Assembly: GCF_006345805.1 (NCBI RefSeq)
Contig: NC_043001.1
Location: 70,122,001 to 70,186,000 of the forward strand
Reading direction: 5' to 3'
Length of the DNA: 64,000 bases
Source of the DNA: Octopus sinensis
Lineage: Eukaryota
Part shown: positions 43,726-58,399 of the stretch, in pieces
Position numbering within the stretch: position 1 is the stretch's first letter
How the letters are laid out: every line of letters starts with the position of its first letter
The notes under the pieces: model-generated
Databases searched by the model: none
The model's input: the letters and a program-made list of their open reading frames with translations, nothing else
What the model was told of the DNA's origin: nothing
Program-made: the position numbers and the translations under genes

Positions 43726-43726
43726 A

Positions 43727-44117
43727 CCTTTATATAAAAGTAAGGTTGTGTGTCTGTCTCCTACGATTTAGATTCCTAACTACTCCCACATTTTGCAGTG
43801 CAGTTTAACCAAAACCGGGTATCTTATAGTCGTGATTCATATCGAGCCCTTCTGTGTATTAGCGCGCGTCTACAATGAGTCTACGATTTAAAAAATAATT
43901 TACTATCATTTTTTTCCATTTTAATGCATTTTTCGCTATTATATAAGGGAAGTAACTCTCTAAAAATGTCTATGATGAGTCAACGATTTAAAAAAAATTT
44001 ACCATCATTTTTTTTCCATTTTAATGCATTTTGTTGCTATTTTTTGGCTATAACTCTCTAAAAATGCTTTATAGTTATTTCCCTTACAACCCGAGCAACG
44101 CCGGGCGATACTGCTAG
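43727..44117 (+). mobile_element. Non-autonomous Helitron (~390 bp) with internal ~98-bp tandem subrepeat
   Basis: 5' cctttatataaaag; 3' hairpin cccg-agcaacg-ccggg then ctgCTAG|T; subrepeats ~43878-43975 and ~43976-44065; inserted in (TA)n. Confidence 0.8.
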
Positions 44118-44163
44118 TATATATATAATTATATATATATATATATTATATATAATATATATA

Positions 44164-45688
44164 CTTAACTTAGAATAACTTAGAAAGGTTTTGGCCAGTA
44201 CTGGCCCAGGCCATGTCTAACTTAATAGCACCACCTGGCGAAGTCTTTCAATTCAGGATTTGGGCACCGAGGCCCATTCGAGCAGAGAGTTATTGTTTGC
44301 GGAGACATATCCGGGTGTGGGTGGTTTGTCCGGGACTGTTTGAAGGAATTTTTCCAAAGACTTCTTGAATTTTGTTAGGTCAGTTTCTGTTTTGACGTGT
44401 CCTGGTGTAATGTTGAAGAGAGCGGGTCCAGTTGAGGTGAAATAATTGTGCCGTATTGTCGTTATGTGATGCGATTTAGATTTTTGTTGTGGACGGATGG
44501 CACGGGTCCAAGCCTTGGATGTATTTTGAAGGTGATGCCAACATCATTCGGACAGTGCTGATGGAATATGTTCCACATCATACAGATAATGTAGCGTTCA
44601 CGTCGCCGTTGGAGTGAATACAGTTTCAGCTTCTCTAGTCTACCCCAGTAGTCAAGGTCTGACATGCCATCTATCTTTTCTGTGATTAACCTTTGGGGGG
44701 CTTCAATTCTCATAATATTTTGTTTTGTGTAGGGAGACCACAGTGGACAGCGGTATTCAAGGTGGGGTCGGGCAAAAGTGAAGAAGAGAAGGATAATAGT
44801 GTGGGAATCTCTCGACTGGAAGGTTCTGAGAATCCAGGAACACATTCTGCGGGCCATGTCAACTTTGCTGCTTATATCTGTAGCCCAGCTTATGTTATTG
44901 TCCACTGTTACTCCCAAGTCTCTGATGTTGTTGGACGCCATGAGAATTTCTCCAGAAGGAAGGGAGTATGGGAGTTTCAGAGCGTCCTCCCTTCCAAAGT
45001 GGATCAGTTCGAATTTGTCTTCGTTTAGCAACATGTTGTTCTTTTCCGCCTATTGGACAACAGCCAGTAGGTCTGACTGAAGGCTTATTCGGCCATCCAC
45101 GCCATTGATGACCTTCTGGAGCTTGGAATAATCAGCAATAGTTCTGATGTTACTGTGTTTGATGGTGTCAGTAATATCATTTATGTAGATGATGAAGAGA
45201 AGTGGGCCCAACACAGTGCCTTGTGGGAAACCACTGCTGACTTTGGCTGGGCTGGATTTGACTCCTTCGACTACAACATGTTGGCTTCTGTTAGACAGGA
45301 AGCACTTGATCCACTGCAGCAGCTTTCCAGTGACACCAATATTGGACAGCTTTCTCCAAAGGATCTCATGATCAACCCTGTCAAAGGCCTTGCTGAAATC
45401 AAGGTAGATGACATCAGTGTTGGAAACCTCTCCCAAGGCTCTCAAAATGTCATCAAAATGATGCAGTAGCTGCGTCAGGCAATCTCTTCCATTACGGAAT
45501 CCATGCTGGTTGGAGTTCAGCATATTATGACTTTCAAGGAAGTGAGTCATACGCGATCTCAGCACTCTCTCAAATACTTTAATGATATGAGAGGTGAGTG
45601 AGATTGGACGGTAATTCACGGCAAGCGATTTGTTTCCTTTTTTGAAAACTAGGACAACAGACTGGAATAGAAGGTCTTGTGGTATGGT
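44164..45688 (-). mobile_element. CR1-group LINE, 5'-truncated RT and 3' UTR
   Basis: NYRPISLTSHIIKVFERV, QHGFRNGRDCLTQLL, IYLDFSKAFDRVDH, GFPQGTVLGPLLFIIYINDI, IRDLGVTVD, FARPHLEY..WSPY, LYSLQRRRERY; tail ttctaag repeats. Confidence 0.92.
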
Positions 45689-45814
45689 ATATATCTATAT
45701 ATATATATATTGTTATATTTCGGAATGGTCATATAGGGGTACAGGATCTCATCAACTGTGAAAAGAACATGAAGTGTGAAAAAGAACGTGTGTAATACAC
45801 AATCAACAAGAGAA

Positions 45815-45970
45815 CCACCCTTCATCAGTTATCGGCTGTCCATCTACTCTACTTTTCGTGCATTCAACGACAATATGAGTATTCGAAGACAGTTGCTCCC
45901 ATAAGATCCTAAAAAATAAGTTTGGTTATTGTGGGATCCAAGTTGGGAACAAAAATAGGACAGTGGAGAC
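45815..45970 (+). repeat. Copy of the 1-300 / 60440-60595 repeat family
   Basis: cccttcatcagttatcggctgtc...attcaacgacaatatg...gaagacagttgctcccataa...gggaacaaaaataggacagtgg. Confidence 0.7.
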
Positions 45971-46032
45971 ATATATTATATATATATATATATGTATATA
46001 TATATTATATATTTGCATGTGTGCATATATGA

Positions 46033-46063
<31 letters not shown>

Positions 46064-46269
46064 ATATATTATATATATAATATATACATATGTTTCAGTT
46101 AATGACTGAAACAGGAAAGGGATATAAAAACACACATATTAATGTGTGAGTGTTTGTGTGCTGTATGTGTGTGTGTGTGAGCGTATATTGTGTTGTATGG
46201 ATAAATATGAAATGAAACTAAAAATGCAGGTGAAAGCATCTAAAGCTAAACAAAAACTAATGTTTCTGT

Positions 46270-46430
46270 GTTTACGCGACTGTAACTTAGCCGTTCGGCA
46301 AAACACGACTATGGAATAAGTATTAAGCTTACAATGAATAAATCCTGAGGGTCAATTTCATTGACTAAAGCGGTGGCGGTGGTCCAGCATGGACTTAATC
46401 ATATGACTGACCAATTAACACAAGAAAAGA
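46270..46430 (+). mobile_element. SINE family A tail, sense orientation
   Basis: gtaacttagccgttcggcaaaa...gaataagtattaagcttacaa.gaataaatcc...ggtccagcatgg...atgactga. Confidence 0.7.
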
Positions 46431-46442
46431 CTATGCCATTTT

Positions 46443-46471
46443 AACCCCGAGCAACGCCGTATCTCTGCTAG
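46443..46471 (+). mobile_element. Isolated Helitron 3' terminus (same family as 43727-44117)
   Basis: aaccccgagcaacgccg...ctgctag versus aacccgagcaacgccggg...ctgctag. Confidence 0.6.
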
Positions 46472-46473
46472 CT

Positions 46474-46563
<90 letters not shown>

Positions 46564-46565
46564 AT

Positions 46566-46615
<50 letters not shown>

Positions 46616-46945
46616 TATATATATATATGCACTTGTTTGGGTATATATGTGCTTTTGGTACCGCTTAGATGGAAACGTAGCTGTCTGATTTCACTTAAAA
46701 TTTTTCAGTGATTCTATACGTTTATATCCTGATGATAGAAATTATTTTATATGTGTGTGTGAGTGGTGTTTATAAATGAGAGTATATATATGAGTGCATG
46801 TGTGTGTGCATCTATAGGTTGGTAGATTGATGAATACAAGTGTCCATATAAACTTTATATATATACATATATGCATGTATATATATATATGTATATATAT
46901 ACATGTATATATACATATATGTATATATATATGTATATATAGATT

Positions 46946-46977
<32 letters not shown>

Positions 46978-47624
46978 ATATATTATATATATATATAATA
47001 TTATATATAATATACACACGCTGACACACTCAACACTCAAATACATTCTTCATTACAAACGTACAACACACATAATTATGTGTATGTAGATGAATTAGTA
47101 AAATATATATTCTTATTTTTCTATGTATATTTGCTTGCATAACATTATTCATATTTTCATTCGGAATACGAAATTTCTTTTGGAAGTAATATAAATTGGT
47201 TTGCGACATGACATTACACAAAGAAATTGTATAATTAACTGGCAAGCAAGCTAAACTTATTGATTTTGAGTAACATATTTTCTTCAGTACATTATAAGTA
47301 GTTACATATGTCAATATTTAGTGAAAGTTACTTTTTTCCTATCATATATCTGTTGATGTTGCACTGGATTCGCTGTCAAAAAGGATAATTTACTTTCTAC
47401 ATCACAGATACTAATTATAAGGTAACATCAAGAACTACAGATGAATAAATAAATAAATATACAATAAGTGCTCTACTTGCGCACTTTTCACTACTATGTC
47501 ATATGTATCTATAACTTAATTTATCTAATATATATATGTATGTGTGTGTGTATGTATGAATATTTATACGTATATAAACACATGAATATATTTCTACCTA
47601 CATATATATAACCACATATAATGA

Positions 47625-47673
<49 letters not shown>

Positions 47674-47710
47674 GTATGTACGTATATATATGTGTATATA
47701 TATACATACA

Positions 47711-47770
<60 letters not shown>

Positions 47771-47850
47771 CAATCGTCATTAAGTGTGACTAAGGTTGCC
47801 GGATATATATTTTTATTTATGGTATCAATTGATCCTAACTTTTTTTATGT

Positions 47851-47933
<83 letters not shown>

Positions 47934-47959
47934 TATATATATATATGCATTTTTATAGT

Positions 47960-48096
47960 CAATAATAAATTAATTATTAATTAATAATTTTACCAAGTAG
48001 TGTTCAGTATGTAAAAAGACCGTTTACGGTATATTTAAAACATTACGGTATATAATTAGGGTTCAGTAAAAAAATTCACTGAACCCTAATTATATA
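47960..48096 (-). repeat. Fragment of the 25-kb hammerhead element family ending in a perfect 19-bp fold-back
   Basis: accaagtagtgttcagtatgtaaaaagacc matches 25480-25510; tatataattagggttcagt (48049-48067) / actgaaccctaattatata (48078-48096). Confidence 0.65.
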
Positions 48097-48975
48097 ACTT
48101 ATTTGCATTTTTATATATATTTATGTCTTACCTATACATGTCTGTATATATATATTTTGCTATGTACATACTTTTGTACGTTTTAGTGTATATATGTATA
48201 TTATACATGGTTTCGTATGTGCATATACTGCTAAATCTATATGTAATCCAACGTGAAAGTTTTTTAAACGTATATATGTGTGTATTGCATGTTTCCATTT
48301 TTGGGAAATCAGTGAGTTTTTGTCACTGGATAAATAAATATATATATATATATATATACGTATTTGCATTGAGAACCACTTGCCATCACCAACCACTGAT
48401 GACCGGTCAATACCCAAAAACTCGGGTCCGTGTGTATCACGTCAGGTTGGAGATGGGAAAGATGACTTCCATTTGCCAATACTGAAAGGGCACAGAGAGT
48501 GTGTCAATAGCCAGCTAGAGGAAATGTCTCCATGGGGCTACAAGCTACAGTAGCATCACATTTAGGGGGTAAATATAATTCTTGATGACATGAAGGTACT
48601 GTTTATACTTCGCTCAGAAATTTATTATTAATTGATTAATATTTTAAAATATATATTTACACTGAGTATTTAGACACTGTCCTTGTTTTTGATTTAAGAT
48701 GTTCTCCGATTGTATAATAAGATGCTTTTGTACCCAATTTTGTTCATTGCATGCAACTGGTTATTGTGAAGACCGTTAGTTGAAAGGACCAATTAAAAGA
48801 AGACATTTTCAATTATGTATCCATTAAACTAATTGTATATGTTCGCATATAACCCTATTTTGTTCCATTTTAAACAAAAATGTCCGACGAACAGGAACGT
48901 GAAACTCTGAGTAACAGTTTTCGTGATATTTTTGCAGCTTTTTAATAAATTACACACATATATATATATAATATA

Positions 48976-49054
<79 letters not shown>

Positions 49055-49519
49055 CGTGTGTTACTCATGAAATAAGTTCTTAATCTATCATTAAATCATA
49101 CGATACAAGAGAAAACCATAAGGTGTGTGTTAAGTGATTATTAACATTGAATATTTTTCTCACCCGGTGAACTAGCTTAATATATGCATCAATTTACAGA
49201 TTGTTTGTGTAAATTCAGACATGTTACTAATTTACTTATTATAAAATATAATAAAATAAATTAACTTCACATGTTATAATTTGTGAAACAATTGCTCTGA
49301 TGTAAGCATTTGTAAAAGTTAAATGAATTTTATCATACTCTACTTCTCTCGTTATTTATAACTTCAAATATATATATATATATTTATTTAAAAAATGCGC
49401 AACCGGTAAAAAGAACTTTCACCTATTTAAATACACTCTCCCTTACTTAAATTATTTTGTCAGCATTTTCTTCATTTCCTTTATATATATTTTACTGAGA
49501 TCTCCCTTTTTAGTAGAAG

Positions 49520-49689
49520 AAATAGCTATAACCCTTTGACTGCTATTCTAATTCGGATGTGGTAAGGCAACTCGTGCTAAACCCTTATGCTTAGTATTAC
49601 TTAAATTTTCCTCGAATGAGGCTTTTACATGCCGAAGACTACTTGGTGTAATTGATAATTTTTCCAAATTAATTAATTTCACCCTTCAT

Positions 49690-49690
<1 letters not shown>
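49520..49690 (+). repeat. Fragment of the 25-kb hammerhead element family
   Basis: aatagc...tttgactgctatt.ctaattcgg.atgtgg..aggcaa...cttttacatgccgaa...tacttggtg...aattaattaatttcaccct equals the reverse complement of ~25440-25620. Confidence 0.75.
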
Positions 49691-49750
<60 letters not shown>

Positions 49751-50254
49751 CGTATGTATGTATGTATACATGAGAGGAGAATTGTATCAGTATTCGCAGC
49801 ACTGGTCTGCATAACTACGAACATCAATCGGCAGTAAATCTTTCAATCTATTAAATGCATATCAGAACTCACCTTCGGATGAGTCGTTAGTAACTTGTCA
49901 TCTACGAATTTCAGCCGACTGTTCTGGATACCTCTTCGAAGATCAGATGGAAGATGTCCGTGAGAACTTTGTTCTTAGAACCCACTCAAGATAAATGGGC
50001 GAAGAGGAAATAAGATGAGATATTTTGTAGTATTATTTCCACTGCGTAGCACTTCTCGTAACTCTCTTGAAATGGAAATATTAGGTGTCCATTTTATTTC
50101 TGTTCGAGTGTGTGTATTTTTGTGTGTGTTTATATGATGTGTAAATGTGTGTGTTAATTGCCAACCATATCCCATTACTTCCATGTGTAATTTTTCAAGA
50201 ATATAATAAAGGTGTCTTAATTCTATTGTTATTACACCATAGTTGAAATTTGTG

Positions 50255-50465
50255 ATCTGGCCGAATCCTTAGCAAGTCGAACTAACTGCTATGCGGTGGC
50301 ACTCCTTCCTGCTTTTCACGTTCTAAGTTACACTGAGCAGAGGACGAATATTTTTTCTTCGTTACCCTTTCAGAATTGGTAAGTACCATTTAAATACTGA
50401 GGTTGATTTAATCTCCTTTCTCATTCACTAAAATTTCAGGTTTCGTGTCAAAATTTGAAATAATC
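50255..50465 (+). mobile_element. SINE family B, old copy
   Basis: ctggccgaatccttagca...cacgttctaagtt...taagtaccattt..tactgaggttgat...gtcaaaatttgaaata. Confidence 0.55.
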
Positions 50466-51595
50466 ATTATTCCTCTGTTGTTCACTTTTTTAAATATGTT
50501 TCAATTATATTGTTAATACTTTAAAGTAATAGGTCCTCTGATTTACGTATTGTTCATCGGAGAAAAATATCCACGAAGAGGTTGTGTAAAAGACATTGTT
50601 TACATTTATTTGAAGGGTTTAATTCAGTTTTACACGAACAAGTTTCTTTAGTTCGGTGCCCTTACTGTTGTGTTTCTTTAGTCATAATATTGTATTTAAG
50701 TTTCGATATCTTCAAACAACTCGTAGATAACGTTTACATTATTTTCATTCAATTTCTAATACATATGGCTGCTACGACAATGGTCATGTTGCATTCACAA
50801 AGCATTTCTAGGTATATTACACGTTATACTAACACTAAAGTCAGAGCTAAACATCATTATCAATTTTTCCTGGATCTATTACATTTTCAATTACAAACTC
50901 ACACACACGTACACACACACATACACACACACACACTCATACACCCGAGCACACATATACGTGCACACACATACTGAGAGAGAGAGAGAGAGAGAGAGAC
51001 TGATAAATATAAAGAAAGAGAGAACAAGGCATAAGCATTCATATATACATTTGTATGCATACACACACATATATGATGCGTGTGCGTGCGTGTTTGTGTG
51101 TAAGTCTATGCATGTGCGCATGTAACTGCGTATAAATGCGTGTACGTATGCATGTATGTATGCATATATGTATGTATCAGATTTTAAATTTCACATGATA
51201 TTAACTTAGTATCATGTTCGCTCAGGGCAATATCACTATGTGCTAAGATGACGATTCTATAATGAAACTATGGGCATGTGTGTCTTAATAAACATGCATA
51301 AAGATATATACAATTCAGCTAAGATAAATCCAGGTTTTACATGTTTATAGACGATCGTGTTATATGTTTATGCTGGTGTGTATTAGTTTACGCACATCTT
51401 TATATATATATATATTTCCAGATATTTTCCAACGATATGCTTAAATTAACCAACGAATTGATATGCTTAAAGCTATATGTCTTCCGTATCGTGTTAGATT
51501 TATGTAAGACAAGTAACATACACAGTGTGTGACAGTGTACACCAATCGCGCACAATACACGTATGCAAATTACATAAATACCCACACACACTCAT

Positions 51596-51596
<1 letters not shown>

Positions 51597-51690
<94 letters not shown>
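51597..51690. repeat. (GATA)n microsatellite
   Basis: Directly visible. Confidence 0.95.
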
Positions 51691-52347
51691 CATTTAGATA
51701 GATAGAAAGATAGATAGACAGCGTATGAGTGTGTGTGTGTGTGTGTTTGTCAGTATGTAATTAATAGATAGATAGACAGATAGACACAGAAAGATAGACA
51801 GACAGACAGATAAATAGAGAGAGAGACAAGTATTGACTTTTACAAGGAAATAGTATCCTGTAATTAAAAAGTTTTGACTTGTTCTGCTTTATCAGACTTT
51901 GATGAAGGCGATTAACCTTTTCCTAAAAGAAAGTTAATATATATAAACCATAATAAACATTATTGAATAATCCATTTGTTTAACATTAAATAGCTTTTTA
52001 TATGTAACTTGATATAACAACGAACCGGCACACGCATACGCATAATCGAGTACACACACATATATACCCATATACACACACTTCCACACATACCCACACA
52101 TATACACATATGTATACACAGACACATACAAAACACATATATACATATATATATTTGAGAAGTACCGACTTAGACTCTGTATCGGCTTCTAGCCTCTTTT
52201 CTCCACTACAGATTTATCTTACCCATTTTCTAAAGCAGTTTTCACAGCCATCCTTCTGCCTTCGAGATTTTCTTGATTTTCTTCTAATATGTGCATTCAC
52301 TCAAGAAGCAGTAGCAAACAAACTTTCGTAATACTACAGGTGAAGCG

Positions 52348-52390
<43 letters not shown>

Positions 52391-52394
52391 ATAT

Positions 52395-52425
<31 letters not shown>

Positions 52426-53459
52426 CATATATATGCACACACACGCTGGAAGCATAAGTACTCCGATACATGGGTTTCATGCGAAGCAAAATAATACAAC
52501 TTAATCGTTCAGCATTTATTGCAAGCCACAAGCAAGATGGTGAAAGTTATATGTTAACAGGCAAGAAACACCTCCACTCAATAGCTTTCTTTGAGGTATT
52601 TTGCTTTTCAAACTCAAGTCTTTATATGGAGGACTAAAAAGAGGAATTAAAGACGTATTATGAAATAAGATTTGGAAAGAGTCACGTTTCTGTATAGGTG
52701 TCTATATTGGTGTTGTACTCTGGTTTAAATGAAGTGATGTACAGTCATCTATATTCGATTTGATGTTCTTCGTATAAACAGTTGATTTATTTTCAGTAAA
52801 TTCAGTTTTCACAATAAAATATTGCAACGGTGAAATGCATATATCTAATTTTGCATAAATGTACGGACACATGTTCTCACTCAAGCATATGTAAACACGC
52901 GCACACGCACAGGAATATACATATAATGAGACACATATTCACACACAGTATTTGACTTATAAACATCGGCATTTTTCAGTTAACCGGTGTGAGCGCTACT
53001 ATAGACATCAGCTATTCAAATTGCAGCAAAATAAATAAATAGATGCATTTATAAGATGGCCTATAACTCATGCACTGCTTTTGGCTAAACACGACCTCAT
53101 ATTACTAATGCACGAAACTCCATGTGATTAAGCATAAAAAGAGGAAAAAGAAACTTTGGTTTCTGGAACAGACGAAATAATTCTCAGATAACAATGCGAG
53201 AAAGATGATGAAAAGTAAACAGCGAAATAAATATATATTAACTAATATGAAATAAGAGATATAAGATAAATATTGATAACGTGGACAGTGGCTCAGTTAC
53301 AAACATTGAGAATATAAAATTGTATCAGCGTGGGCTGGTTAAAAGTTGAAGGCGAGATCAATATAAGGGGATTTCTAAAATTATTAATTCTATAAAGAAT
53401 TGTTCAGTACTTGAAAATATGTAAATGGGTGATTAAACAAAGAATTAAATAAATCATTA

Positions 53460-53638
53460 GTTTCAAATTTTGACACAGGGTTAGCAATTTAGGGAGTTGG
53501 AATAAGTCGATTACATCGACCCCATTGCTCAACTGGAACTTATTCTATCGATTCCGGAAGAATTTGAACTAGCAATGTAAAGACGCCGACAAATGTTGCT
53601 AGGCCTGATGTGCTACTGATTCTACCAGCTCGCCACCT
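53460..53638 (-). mobile_element. SINE family B
   Basis: Minus strand ggtggcgagctggtagaatcagtagcac...ggggtcgatgtaatcgactt...gtgtcaaaatttgaaac. Confidence 0.75.
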
Positions 53639-56600
53639 CAAGGATTAAATAAATTATTATTAACTAGGAATAATGCAAGAATATATAAAATTTTAAAACG
53701 GTGTAACTATCATTTAGAAATCAAGGGAAATTTTCTAACAGAGAGTAAAGTACTGAAAATAATTGCTACAGATTAAAAATTAATGATTTGAAGACTGACA
53801 TTAAGTTTTACCGCTGCTATTCAAACACTCATCATATATGAATAGTATTAATACAAACATGTCACTAATTGCATTATTAAGTCACGCGATGCTGGAGCAA
53901 AGCTATCTCCATTGTATATGTTGAGTATATTAAAATATAAACTTAATAGCATTGTTAGTTAGTCCTTACATATTACAATGAAATAGATGATTGTTCTAAC
54001 TAAAGCTGTTTCTACATCGAATATGCAGTTAGAGGAAAAGCTTGTATATATATATTAGGCAAATGTACATACAAACACATCACTTTTGAACTCCTTGGAT
54101 AGCGCTCATGCAGTCGACGCATATCATACCAGTAGCTAACCACATTAACTTTATAGCTGATTGTAGATCATAAAAAATTCATGAACGTATTCTAGAATAA
54201 TACGGTAAACACTACCCAGGAAATAGCTTGATATATCACCATACTGTTTTATGAAGTTCAGGGCATTCGCAAATTAATATATTCCCAAGATATTTACAAT
54301 AGTTTTTTTTTATTCTTCATAATGTTCTGGTCTGTATTTCGGATTATCGGAGGCATTTTCTTTCGGATTATCGGATACGTTCTCTCTGTGCAGTTATGTT
54401 GGGTAGTGTGTTCGATAAATACATCAAATTAGATTTTTCTAACGAGATTTCTTCTTTAAAAATATTGGTTTCTGCTGTGTTTAAATTATTTTGTTCAATA
54501 ACAAAATGATATAATGCATATAGTAATATTGTCTACGAGGCTGTTACAGGTATATAATTTTGTCAATTTTCACAAAACACGTTCGTGATTCTTGCGACGA
54601 TTATATTACTTTATTTTGGAATGTGTAAGTTCCATTAATAAAATTCAAGTTCTATAAAAATAATTTTTGATATCTTTCACCATTTTTAGTAAAATATTAT
54701 ATTCAACACAGCTGCACACTAAATTGTTCTTGCCTCATCATCATCTCTACACTCTACAATACATTGCTGCGGTTGGCATCCTGTTAAGAGCCATGAATGT
54801 TTACTCTGCAGAATCCACCTAGTCCAATCTTCATGCATAAGCGAGCCAAAACTAACCAAGAGCTAGATACATACTGACTACTCTTATCTGGGTGTAGCCC
54901 GCCAGTCCAAGCCATTTACTCTCAGTGGCCATTATTGTATGTGAACAGACACTTGAAGCCACAGATGTGATTTGGAAGCCAGATAGAGACCAAATAGGAC
55001 GAACTATTGCTTAGACTGCGACTTGTTAGCTCTTCAAAAGTCCAATATAGCTATGATTAAATCTTGTATCCATCAATACATATGTCCACGTATGTATGTA
55101 ATATGTATATATATATATATGTGTGTGTACATGTATGTAAATGTTATAATGTTTTAGTTGTGTAATATATCATGCTATATGCGATAGGTTGATGAACCAT
55201 TTACACAATATATTTCAAAAGAAATATTTGGTTACATATATTTTTACAGTAATTCATGTATGTGAGTTAGTGTGTGTGTGATAAAACATGTTTCCATTTG
55301 TGTTTGTATATATACACAAGCATGTTCGTTTGTTATTATGTGTATAACTGTATACTTGTGAGAGACTCATACATGTCTGTATATAAGCGTACACTTATAT
55401 ATGTGTACGTAGACAAGAGACAAACAGCTCGGATGTCGCCAGTATACAAGTAAATATCTGACTGAAAAGTTATAGTTCGTCCTGCAGCCATCTTTGTGTG
55501 GAAAGTGATTAAATATAAGGCCATAATTTACTGAGTAACGAAATTTTCTAAACTATAAGTATGACCCCATAGATTTAGTATATATTATTAGTACTGCTTA
55601 TGTTTTTTCTGGGTTTTTTGTTTTAGTATTTGTAATTTTGATAGGTATGTAGTCACACAAATAGATATGATTACTAATTAACTGAATTCCACACATCGTC
55701 TGAAACAATTAATTCTCACCTGCGTAAAATTTATTAATCTAATATATTTGGACAATTCAGTCTAGACAGAGCAAGATAGCAAAATTCGAGACATATATTT
55801 TGAAACTGCTAATTCTCATGTTCATAATATACACGACACTAGGGAAACGCGCTCTATTCGAAGAAACAACTGTATTCCCAGTGGGAAACTTCAAAATATC
55901 ACGAATTACCTCCTCAATGTCACTGCTCCAATGCAGCAAATATTCGACAATTAGAATATGAAAATGGTAATAACTGAAGTTCTGACTAGCTGCTATGACG
56001 AAGAACGATCAACGAAAAATCTATCAAAGACTTAGGGGATAATTTCAGACCAAAATGATATCCCTTGCTACGAATGTGATTTTTCGGTGTTGAAATATAG
56101 CTCACTATAATGTATGTACGAACAACACTTTCCGGTTTAGGCGTCTTCCAAAAATCATAGGAAAACGTCACAGTAAAAAGAATTGAAAATAGACTATCTA
56201 GATAGGTTCTATCAGCTAGTAAATTATCACGAGAGAATCTAAGACAAATTTTGAACAGAACCAGATGCATTCGTATGAATAAAAGGTATCGCTGAAAACC
56301 TGGTCGTAACACTTGATCTCCGTCTCGCTTCTGTAAAATACTATGAAACCATCTCGGAATAACGAAATAATCTAAATAACATTCGAAGTATGCAAGTACG
56401 TATCCTAAGCTATCCCATCATGACCTAGTTGAATCCAACCGGCCATGCTACTACCCGTCACTAGTATACGACCCCTCTGTACATCTTGGGTCCGCATAAT
56501 CGATAGAATTGATGTCACGTTTTATATTGTACATCTGAACAATGTCAAGGATAGGTGAGTATGAAAGATTTCCGTTCTAATCTTTCAACTCCTCTTACAT

Positions 56601-57243
56601 GAATGATCACATTTTCACTCTAAAATTACTACATCACACGTCTAGTTCTAATCCTCGTTTCATCTATTTTGCTTTTCCCCTTTCTTCCTCTCACTATATT
56701 TCCTAAGTATGCATACGTGCATTATATCGTGACCTTATGAATTGCAGCCAGTCACTCAAACATACAGGTGGTGAAATTCTGTTGTCTTTTAATTCTCCTT
56801 CAAGTATCATGTTCGATGCAAAAAGCACTATCATAGAAAACAAAATCCGAGTATCAAAATATACAAAACCTAAATATTAGAAAAAGAAAATCAAGGAAGT
56901 TTACACTCTTAGAATTTTTTATGCTTTATTTTTTATCTATTTTCACTACTAGCTTTTCTATTCGGGTGAACTCACCATCTTGTTACTGTAGCTGACTTAG
57001 AAATACCGTGCGACAATGTAAATTTCATAACTGTAAGGAGAGCTTGGTGATTAGCTAATTTCAGTAGAATTCGGTGCATAACAATTTCATCATTAGCTTC
57101 AGCTAGTTAAGAAACGTAAGTAGCATACATTTTAACAGTTTTAGTTCTTCGATTAGGATATGTGTAAGTGTGTGTGCGTACGTGCGTGTGTTTGCGTACG
57201 TGCGTGTGTGTGCGTACGTGCGTGTGTGTGCGTGGGGAGGGGG

Positions 57244-57309
<66 letters not shown>

Positions 57310-57549
57310 AGGATGAAATCATTAAAGCTAATGATTTTATCGGTGGTCAGCTTATAAAAAATAACGTTTTGGTTAAAACTCATATATACAGATATACAAA
57401 AGTATAGAATACAATTTATAATTAAAGGCACAGAAGCTACCATGCTTGTATGTTAGAAGTAGACGCCAAATACGTCCAGCCTCTATAAGTTTTTTTCAAT
57501 TCATTATACACAAGTTGAAATTGGGAAAGTGGACCGAACGAAAATTCTT

Positions 57550-58074
57550 AAATTAAGTCAGATAGAGATAGTTCTGGATTCATCAATTTCTGAATTAGTT
57601 TATAATTTTTTCTTCATCAGCAGAACATACTGGGCGAAATAAATGAAAATGTTTATATTTACCCATAGAAAAGCACTCGCATGATAACATCTGTGTCCTT
57701 AATTATTATTGCATTCTATACAAGTATATATCTCTATATGAATTTTACCAAAAATGTTAATTTTTTATATGCTGGTAAAATTCATTAATTGTAAGAATAT
57801 TATACTTTAGTAACGTTTAGATGTATCTAATTCACTTCGGTACAGTTAATTTACTTCTGTACTATTCTGACCAAATACACACGTGTTGAGATAGACTACA
57901 AAATTCGATGCATACATCTTTGTAAATATTAGTATGTACTCACATTTTGCGTCTGCTTTGCTGTAGGCATGTATAGATATTTTCCTTTATCTCGTCAAAC
58001 ATGTTCTGTTGGTGGAAGAAGAGTTATTAAACTAATCCAGAAACTGATCAATCCAGAACTATCTGAATTATTTG
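57550..58074. repeat. Diverged inverted repeat (arms 57550-57681 and 57948-58074), each arm carrying a decayed hammerhead
   Basis: Reverse complement of the left arm gttctgctgatgaagaaaaaattataaactaattcagaaattgatgaatccagaactatct versus right arm gttctgttggtggaagaagagttattaaactaatccagaaactgatcaatccagaactatct. Confidence 0.75.
57571..57626 (-). ncRNA. Candidate partly degenerate type I hammerhead ribozyme
   Basis: Stem I gttctg/cagaac (6 bp), CTGATGA, imperfect stem II (A.A at the base), GAAA, stem III att-gatg-aat, AUC triplet. Confidence 0.45.
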
Positions 58075-58225
58075 TTGATTTTTTTTTTTGTCGGACTAGT
58101 CTTCCCGCTTTCACCTTTTGTATTATGAAGTGCAAACTTATAATGGCTGCACGTGATTGGCGTCTACTTCTAGCATACAGACATGGCATCTTCAGTGCCC
58201 TTAATTATAATTAAAGTCTATACAA

Positions 58226-58264
<39 letters not shown>

Positions 58265-58269
58265 CACAC

Positions 58270-58322
<53 letters not shown>

Positions 58323-58399
58323 TACATACATATATATGTATACATATTCAAACAGATGCATATTCGTATATATATGCATTATTTATTTTTATGTCTTTA

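Noticed and set aside
48400-48440. CTGATGA...AAAAC-TCGG-GTC as a hammerhead
   Set aside because: G12 missing, stem II imperfect, no stem I.
55750-56320. Protein-like stretches (ETRSIRRNNCIPSGKLQN...) as a secreted-factor exon
   Set aside because: No start, no convincing splice sites, competing open frames on both strands; not supportable.
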